NCBI GenBank assembly: GCA_964402565.1
Contig: CAYOCJ010000001.1
Location: 352,079 to 416,078 of the forward strand
Origin: an uncultured Gammaproteobacteria bacterium
Lineage (GTDB): Bacteria > Patescibacteriota > Patescibacteriia > UBA1558 > 2-01-FULL-52-15
Reading direction: 5' to 3'
DNA: 64,000 nucleotides
Made by a program: the position numbers and the translations under genes. Numbering within the stretch: position 1 is the first letter of the stretch; every line of letters begins with the position of its first letter. Shown here in pieces: positions 57,604 through 64,000 of the stretch. The notes beneath the pieces are model-generated. The model did no database searches and was not told where the DNA came from. It saw nothing but the letters and a program-made list of their open reading frames with translations.

Positions 57604-58604
57604 AGCTCATCGTTACCGGAGGCGCTGGCTTCATTGGTTCAAATTTTATTTATTATCTTGCAGACAAGTATCCTGGCTATGAGATCGTCACGGTGGATTA
57701 TTTGACGTATGCGGGGAATCGTGCGAATTTGGATGATGTGCCGAAAGGAGCAAAACATACGTTGGTGCGCGCAGACATCGCAAATGTAACTGCCATGCGC
57801 GAGCTGACCAAGGGGGCTGATGCGATCATACACTTTGCCGCGGAAACGCATGTCGATCGTTCGATCGATGACCCTGGTGTTTTTTTGAAAACAAATGTTA
57901 TCGGCACAGAGTCGCTGTTGCGCGCAGCCGTTGCAAATAATGTTCCTCGTTTTCATCATGTCTCTACTGATGAAGTCTACGGACAGCTGTCGGATCAGGG
58001 CGCCTTTAATGAACAAACGCCCTATGCTCCTCGAAGCCCGTATTCTGCCTCGAAGGCCGCATCAGATCATATTGTGCGGGCCTATTTCCACACGTTTGGA
58101 TTGCCGGTAACCGTCAGCCATTGCTCGAACAATTACGGGCCCCGCCAATTTCCGGAAAAATTCATTCCGTTAAGCGTAACGAATCTCATGTCAGGTAAAA
58201 AGATCCCTGTCTATGGCAAAGGCCAGAATATTCGCGACTGGTTATATGTCGATGACCATTCGCGGGCGCTGGATGCTATTCTGCATAAGGGCAAGATAGG
58301 CGAGACGTATTGCATAGGTGGCGGCACCGAGATGAGGAATATCGACATTGCAAAAAAGATACTCGCTGTTTTCGGCAAGGATGAGTCCGACTTAGAGTTC
58401 GTGGAAGACAGAAAAGGTCATGATTATCGGTATGCGATCGACGCTTCGAAGATGCATGCTGAGCTCGGATGGTCGCCGCAGGCGAATTTTGAAACTGCCC
58501 TTGCTGAGACCATTCAATGGTATCGCGATAATGAAACCTGGTGGCGCGATATTGTAAGCGGCGCCTATAAGGATTACAATGCAGAAGTAGAAATTTTTTC
58601 TTGA
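57600..58604 (+). CDS. rmlB: dTDP-glucose 4,6-dehydratase
   Basis: TGGAGFIGSNF, LTYAGN, HFAAETHVDRSI, HVSTDEVYG, SPYSASKA, GHD.RY. Confidence 0.95.
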   Translation: MKLIVTGGAGFIGSNFIYYLADKYPGYEIVTVDYLTYAGNRANLDDVPKGAKHTLVRADIANVTAMRELTKGADAIIHFAAETHVDRSIDDPGVFLKTNVIGTESLLRAAVANNVPRFHHVSTDEVYGQLSDQGAFNEQTPYAPRSPYSASKAASDHIVRAYFHTFGLPVTVSHCSNNYGPRQFPEKFIPLSVTNLMSGKKIPVYGKGQNIRDWLYVDDHSRALDAILHKGKIGETYCIGGGTEMRNIDIAKKILAVFGKDESDLEFVEDRKGHDYRYAIDASKMHAELGWSPQANFETALAETIQWYRDNETWWRDIVSGAYKDYNAEVEIFS

Positions 58605-58607
58605 ACT

Positions 58608-59324
58608 ATGCGCGGAATTATTCTAGCGGGCGGGCATGCAACGCGATTGCGACCGCTGACCAAGATCACGAGTAAGCAGCTCCTGCCGGTCTACAATAAA
58701 CCGATGATCTTTTATCCGTTAGAGACGCTCTTGCGCGCCGGTATCAAGGAAGTCCTGATTATTGTAGCGCCAGAATACGCGGGCCATTTTCTGCATTTGC
58801 TCGGTTCAGGCAAAGAATTCGCTTCTGATGTCAAGTTTACCTATGAAATTCAGGAGCAGCCAAGAGGCCTTGCCGATGCATTCATCATCGGAGAGAACTT
58901 TATCGATGATCAGCCGGTTACCATGATCCTCGGAGACAATATTTTTATTGATGACCTGAGTGTAAGCATTGTCGATTTCAAATCGGGAGCCCGCGTATTT
59001 GCACGAGAGGTGCATGATCCTGAGCGATTCGGCGTCGTCGAATTCGACGCGCAGCGAAAGGCAATATCAGTCGAGGAAAAGCCGAAAGCGCCGAAAAGCA
59101 ATTTCGCAATTACCGGATGCTATGTCTACGATTCGCGCGTGGTCAAATTTGCAAAGGAACTCGAACCCTCAGCTCGCGGCGAGATCGAGATCACTGATCT
59201 GAACCGACGGTATTTGGAGCTGAACGAGCTCGATGTCAGGATCATCGAAAAACCATGGTTCGACGCAGGAACCTTTGATTCATTGCTCGAAGCCTCGAAC
59301 TATATCGCTGAGCACAAGGCGTAA
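58608..59324 (+). CDS. rmlA: Glucose-1-phosphate thymidylyltransferase (short form)
   Basis: GIILAGG..TRL.PLT...SKQLLPVY.KPMI, LGDNIF, PS.RGE.EITD, W.DAGTFDSL. Confidence 0.93.
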   Translation: MRGIILAGGHATRLRPLTKITSKQLLPVYNKPMIFYPLETLLRAGIKEVLIIVAPEYAGHFLHLLGSGKEFASDVKFTYEIQEQPRGLADAFIIGENFIDDQPVTMILGDNIFIDDLSVSIVDFKSGARVFAREVHDPERFGVVEFDAQRKAISVEEKPKAPKSNFAITGCYVYDSRVVKFAKELEPSARGEIEITDLNRRYLELNELDVRIIEKPWFDAGTFDSLLEASNYIAEHKA

Positions 59325-59325
59325 C

Positions 59326-60615
59326 TTATTGAATAGTCAGTATCGTATTTTTTGTCGGTTCCATGATAAAGATCTTGGAGCCTTTTTTGTTGAATACCAG
59401 ATGGCTTTCATCTGAAGCATGGATATCGATCGGTATGCTGTTTCTGACATCGCGATCATCAAGTTCGACCAGGGAGAATGAACCTGATTTTTGCACTAAG
59501 AAATAACTGCCGCTCGGATGCCAGGCTATGCTCTGGATCTTTTCAGAGCTGCGGTCGATGAGCTGCGTATTTTTTGTCATATGATTGTAATAGGACACCT
59601 CGAAGTCTGTGGCGAAGAGCAGCCGCTCATTGCGCCATGCAATGTATGTTGCATCAAAATCCTGCACGTCATTCGCCGCAGGATCGACGAGCCAGACCGT
59701 TCCATCGCCTGTGCAGGTGATCAGCCCGTTATTGTTGACGGCAGCGATATGCAATTTTTCTTTGGTTTGGATGGTATATTGCCACAATAAAGTCAATGTA
59801 TCCCGCGCATAGACAATGATATGCGTACCGTCTTTTGCCGCGGTGAGCGTTATCAGATGGGCGCCGTCGAACGAAAAGTCATCAACGGTCGGTAATCGCT
59901 GCTCGGAGGTTCCGGTGAGCAAATTCAGAGTATCGAGCTGCCCGTTACGCACGAGCCACACGATATCGCGATTGAAAGGATCCCAGATTATTTTTGATGC
60001 AGTCAAAGGCCGCTGGCTTACCAGAACGGTCTTTTCTGTATTCACATCGACTTTGTACCACAGGGAACCTTTGGCAAACAGAATAGAATCAGCAGCCGGA
60101 TTTATGGCAAGTATCGTATCAGGCAGCGGATCCGTGGAGATCTGGTAATCGCTTTCACTAATGAGGCTTGTCAGGTGCAATCCTTGTGATGCATCCAGGT
60201 ATGCGTAGGCGTTTTCACTATCAGTCAGAATGAATTGATCGCCGCCCGTGGAGAGCTGCGTACTGAGCTGCTGTTTTTGAAAAAGCACGATGTCGCGGAC
60301 AAAGGTCGTCTCTGCAGGCCCGATCTCCAGTTGCTTCTGCCAAGGCATATAGCCATCGCGAGCGACTTGAATGGTATGCATGCCGGGGAGAATGTTCAGA
60401 ATGCGGTTCGGCGTTTTTTTGCCTGTTTTTTTTCCATCGATCAAAATAGGCGAGCCTGAGGGGAACGATTTGATATACAGGGCGCCGACCTTGGTGATCT
60501 CATGCCGGGCGAAATCGTAGCGGTTCCCTGTAGCGTAAAAAATGAGCGCTGGCGCAATCGTAAAAAAAAGCAAGAAAACGAAGATATAAAGCGCCCTGCG
60601 GAGTCGTAACGTCAT
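59326..60615 (-). CDS. PEGA-domain membrane-anchored protein with C-terminal beta-propeller-like region
   Basis: TM then YA.G.RYD, G.LYI.S.P.G..I.IDG, PG.H.I.V...GY..W. Confidence 0.8.
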   Translation of the reverse strand: MTLRLRRALYIFVFLLFFTIAPALIFYATGNRYDFARHEITKVGALYIKSFPSGSPILIDGKKTGKKTPNRILNILPGMHTIQVARDGYMPWQKQLEIGPAETTFVRDIVLFQKQQLSTQLSTGGDQFILTDSENAYAYLDASQGLHLTSLISESDYQISTDPLPDTILAINPAADSILFAKGSLWYKVDVNTEKTVLVSQRPLTASKIIWDPFNRDIVWLVRNGQLDTLNLLTGTSEQRLPTVDDFSFDGAHLITLTAAKDGTHIIVYARDTLTLLWQYTIQTKEKLHIAAVNNNGLITCTGDGTVWLVDPAANDVQDFDATYIAWRNERLLFATDFEVSYYNHMTKNTQLIDRSSEKIQSIAWHPSGSYFLVQKSGSFSLVELDDRDVRNSIPIDIHASDESHLVFNKKGSKIFIMEPTKNTILTIQ

Positions 60616-60675
60616 CTTGTTTAAATTCAAACGATACTTTACAATAGACCAGTACTAGACCCTACGAATACTACT

Positions 60676-61971
60676 ATGGACACTTTTATTATACAAGGCG
60701 GACGGAAATTATCCGGCACCATCGACATACAGGGTGCAAAAAATTCAGTAGGACCTATCATCGCGGCTACGATTTTGATTACCGGCGATTGCATTATTCA
60801 TAATATACCCCGCATCGGCGATGCAGAGGTTCTCCTGGGTATTTTGGAAAGCATGGGTGCCCGGGTGAAATGGGAAGGTCATGCTACAGCGGTCATCAAC
60901 TGCGATGCTATCGACCCGACGAAGATCGATTATACAGCCGTAAAGCGGATACGATTATCGGTGCTTCTGATCGGCGCTCTGGTACGGCGCTTTGGCAAGG
61001 TGCGGATGTCAGTGCCAGGCGGCTGTAATATCGGCAATCGATCGCTCGATGCTCATTTCGAAGGGTTGAAGTCGCTTGGATATGCGGTGGAACAAAAGGA
61101 CGATTTTTTTCATATCGAACGCGTCAGTGATCCGGAAATGCAAGTGGTCATGACCGAGTTCAGCGTCACGGCGGCCGAGAATATGATCTTGGCCACGATA
61201 CTGGGAAGCCATACGGTTACATTCCATTGCATCGCCGCAGACCCGCAGGTACAGGATTTATGCTGGTTTTTGGAAGCAGCGGGCGCAAAGATCGAAGGCA
61301 TTGGTACTCATACATTGACCATCAAAGGCGTAGAGAAGCTCAATGGCACTGAGTATACGGTCATGCCTGACCCATTAGAATTAGGCACCTTCATTGTGCT
61401 GGCAGCCGCCTTGCATTCAGAGATACGGATTCAGAATGCAGTGCCGGATTTTTTGCATTTAACGATCCGGAAATTCGAAGAGATCGGGGTGGCATTCGAG
61501 TATAGTGATATGCGCAGGTCTCCGAATGGGAAGTATGATATCAAAACCATGATCCCGCATTTAGCACATCGGCCCTTGAAGCCGGTACAGGGCAAGGTGC
61601 ATACCATGCCATATCCTGGTTTTTCGCCGGACATCATTCAGCCATTTGCATTATTGCTCACACAGGCAGCAGGCGTCAGCCTCGTGCATGACTGGATGTA
61701 CGACGGGCGCCTGCGCTATGTACAGGAATTGCAAAAAATGGGAGCAAATATTACGGTGCTTGATCCGCATCGCATTTTGATCGTGGGTCCGACGCCGCTG
61801 TATGGAAAAGAAATTACCAGCTATGATATACGTGCAGGAGCAACGGTCGTCATCGCAGCGCTGTTGGCAGAAGGCCAGTCAGTGATCCAGAATATAGCCC
61901 AGGTCGACAGAGGATATGAACGTCTTGATGAACGTTTGAAATCATTAGGCGCTTCCATTGAGCGCACGTAG
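60676..61971 (+). CDS. murA: UDP-N-acetylglucosamine 1-carboxyvinyltransferase
   Basis: GAKN, PGGCNIG.R..D.H (active-site Cys), SVTA.EN, T.PYPGF..D, DIRAGA, DRGYE. Confidence 0.95.
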   Translation: MDTFIIQGGRKLSGTIDIQGAKNSVGPIIAATILITGDCIIHNIPRIGDAEVLLGILESMGARVKWEGHATAVINCDAIDPTKIDYTAVKRIRLSVLLIGALVRRFGKVRMSVPGGCNIGNRSLDAHFEGLKSLGYAVEQKDDFFHIERVSDPEMQVVMTEFSVTAAENMILATILGSHTVTFHCIAADPQVQDLCWFLEAAGAKIEGIGTHTLTIKGVEKLNGTEYTVMPDPLELGTFIVLAAALHSEIRIQNAVPDFLHLTIRKFEEIGVAFEYSDMRRSPNGKYDIKTMIPHLAHRPLKPVQGKVHTMPYPGFSPDIIQPFALLLTQAAGVSLVHDWMYDGRLRYVQELQKMGANITVLDPHRILIVGPTPLYGKEITSYDIRAGATVVIAALLAEGQSVIQNIAQVDRGYERLDERLKSLGASIERT

Positions 61972-61977
61972 CACACT

Positions 61978-63213
61978 ATGTTCTCGCCACAAAAAATTTC
62001 ACAAACAAAAAAATCGAATCCAGTCTTGCTGTTCTGGGTGGTCATGCTGTTATTCGTGAGTTTTTTTACCGGTTTTGTCGTCGCTATCCGCGTGAGCGGC
62101 GGCCTGCCTGGCGATGCTACCGTTACTGCTCGAAATCTGGGAGACGTTGGATATTTTGATGAAAAACTCTATGCAGAGGTGTGGAGCATTTTGAAAAATA
62201 ATTTCGTTGATAAGAAGAAGATAGATGATAAGAAACTTTTCTACGGAGCCCTGGAAGGCATGGTGAATGCAGTCGGCGACCCCTATACGACATTCTTTAC
62301 GCCCCAGGCAAGCAAGGACCTGAATGAAGAGCTCCAGGGCAGCTTCGAGGGAATTGGCGCAGAGATCGGCATCAAAGATAAGTTTTTGACCGTCATCGCG
62401 CCATTGCCGGGATCGCCTGCTGAAAAGTCCGGCCTGCGTGCGAGCGATGTAATCCTGTCTATCGACGGTGTTTCAGCAAGCACCTTGTCTTTAGATGATG
62501 CGGTTGCGAAGATACGGGGCAAAGCCGGGACCGCTGTGAAGTTATTGGTATTACATCCTGATGCAAAATCACCGGTCGATATTTCTGTGACCCGCGAGAA
62601 AATTGCCATACCTGCGGTCAAACTGGAGATGCAGGATGATATTGCGGTCATACATTTGTATAAATTTAGCGCTGAATCCGAGCATGAATTCATTGCGGCA
62701 TTACGGGAAGCTTCGTCCAAACAATTAAAGGGCCTGATCGTCGATCTGCGCAATGACCCGGGCGGTTTTCTGGATCAAGCAGTTCTGATCGCGAGCGCAT
62801 GGGTAGAGGAGGGAAAGCCGGTAGTCCGCGAGGTGTATCATGATGAACGCGATTCAAAAGAATATGATGCCGAAGCACAGTTCGCAGCTCCAAATGTGCC
62901 GACCGTTCTGCTCGTGAATGAAGGCTCTGCGTCTGCTTCAGAGATTTTGGCTGGCGCACTGCAAGATTATGGTAAAGCAACCTTGGTCGGGGCAAAGACC
63001 TACGGCAAGGGTTCGGTTCAGGATTTGCGCAGTTTGCCGGACGGATCTGAGCTGAAGATAACTATTTCACAATGGCTAACGCCTCGTGGTAGAATAATCA
63101 ACGGCGAAGGCATCACCCCGGACAAAGAAGTGCCCATGAGCCAGGATGACTATGACCAGAAGCGCGACCCGCAGCTTGATGCAGCTAAAGCGATCATCAA
63201 TGCAAAAAAATAA
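61978..63213 (+). CDS. S41 family carboxyl-terminal processing protease (CtpA-like) with PDZ
   Basis: DPYT, FEGIG.EI, DLRNDPGG.L, SASASEI.AGAL.D, TYGKGSVQ. Confidence 0.95.
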   Translation: MFSPQKISQTKKSNPVLLFWVVMLLFVSFFTGFVVAIRVSGGLPGDATVTARNLGDVGYFDEKLYAEVWSILKNNFVDKKKIDDKKLFYGALEGMVNAVGDPYTTFFTPQASKDLNEELQGSFEGIGAEIGIKDKFLTVIAPLPGSPAEKSGLRASDVILSIDGVSASTLSLDDAVAKIRGKAGTAVKLLVLHPDAKSPVDISVTREKIAIPAVKLEMQDDIAVIHLYKFSAESEHEFIAALREASSKQLKGLIVDLRNDPGGFLDQAVLIASAWVEEGKPVVREVYHDERDSKEYDAEAQFAAPNVPTVLLVNEGSASASEILAGALQDYGKATLVGAKTYGKGSVQDLRSLPDGSELKITISQWLTPRGRIINGEGITPDKEVPMSQDDYDQKRDPQLDAAKAIINAKK

Positions 63214-63219
63214 GGCTGT

Positions 63220-64000
63220 ATGAAGAATACGAAGTATATTTTTATCACCGGAGGAGTTTGCTCAGGCCTTGGCAAAGGAATAGCGTCAGCATCGATCGGC
63301 GCTATTTTGAAATCCTGCGGATATTCAGTTTTCAGCCTGAAGCTCGATCCGTATCTCAATGTAGATCCGGGCACCATGAGTCCCTATCAGCATGGCGAGG
63401 TCTTTGTGACCAATGACGGTGCTGAAACGGATCTGGACCTTGGCCACTATGAGCGTTTCATCGATACCAATGTCAGCAAGCTTTCAAATCTGACGACGGG
63501 CCAGGTATACCAGGAAGTACTGCGCAATGAGCGTCGAGGTGATTTTCTTGGGAAAACCATCCAGATCATTCCGCATATCACAGAGGCAATAAAGAAGTAT
63601 ATCGATAAGACAGCCCGGCAAAGCAAGGCGGATATTCTATTGATCGAGATCGGAGGCACTGTCGGAGACATTGAAGGCGAGCCGTTTCTTGAAGCCATCA
63701 GAGAGTTCACACAGGAAAAAGGCGAGACGAATGTGTTCTTCGCCCACTTAACGCTATTACCATTTTTAGCTGCATCGCAAGAACTAAAGACCAAACCAAC
63801 GCAAATGTCTTTGGGAGAACTATTCAGGCGCGGCATACGCCCTGATGTCGTCTTGTGTCGGACAGATTATCCGATAGGCATTGGCGAAAGAAAAAAGATT
63901 GCACTCTTTGCATCGATCCCACTGGCCGCAGTCATCCCTGCGCCTACGGTCAAATCTATTTATGAAGTGCCATTGAACCTCGAAAAAGCGAAGATCTCGC
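63220..64000 (+). CDS. pyrG: CTP synthase, truncated by window end
   Basis: Not in the ORF track because it has no stop. Translates [21 protein letters not shown]...[38 protein letters not shown]. Confidence 0.97.
   Translation, partial: MKNTKYIFITGGVCSGLGKGIASASIGAILKSCGYSVFSLKLDPYLNVDPGTMSPYQHGEVFVTNDGAETDLDLGHYERFIDTNVSKLSNLTTGQVYQEVLRNERRGDFLGKTIQIIPHITEAIKKYIDKTARQSKADILLIEIGGTVGDIEGEPFLEAIREFTQEKGETNVFFAHLTLLPFLAASQELKTKPTQMSLGELFRRGIRPDVVLCRTDYPIGIGERKKIALFASIPLAAVIPAPTVKSIYEVPLNLEKAKIS

Noticed and set aside
1-64000. Alternative genetic code (TGA=Gly) as in some CPR lineages
   Set aside because: Conserved genes are full length under the standard code, and TGA acts as stop, often in ATGA overlaps.

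Overview
A gene-dense 64 kb bacterial chromosome segment. Its gene content and style suggest a Patescibacteria/CPR (Parcubacteria-like) organism; this is inferred, not searched. Left end: a partial membrane protein, a degenerate HtrA/PDZ protein and a small HTH protein. Next come an ECF sigma factor with a DUF5667-like partner, a densely structured ~420-nt non-coding leader, and a 1252-aa secreted Ser/Thr-rich S-layer-like protein with a strong terminator. A ~50 kb surface-glycosylation locus follows. It holds two O-antigen-ligase-like (Wzy_C)+TPR proteins, ten GT4 and five GT2 glycosyltransferases, six GT-C-like membrane proteins, six SAM methyltransferases, Wzx and GtrA flippases, a priming polyprenyl sugar-phosphate transferase, split rmlABCD, a UDP-GlcA decarboxylase homologue, a GATase-II/sugar amidotransferase fusion and an S8 protease. 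Housekeeping genes close the window (PEGA protein, murA, S41 peptidase, partial pyrG). No rRNA, tRNA, CRISPR array or mobile element was recognised. The best candidates for something new are the structured RNA in front of the S-layer-like gene and the apparent S-layer/protein glycosylation system it heads. All family calls come from motif recognition by eye. Several starts were moved downstream of the ORF-track start where a better ATG exists.
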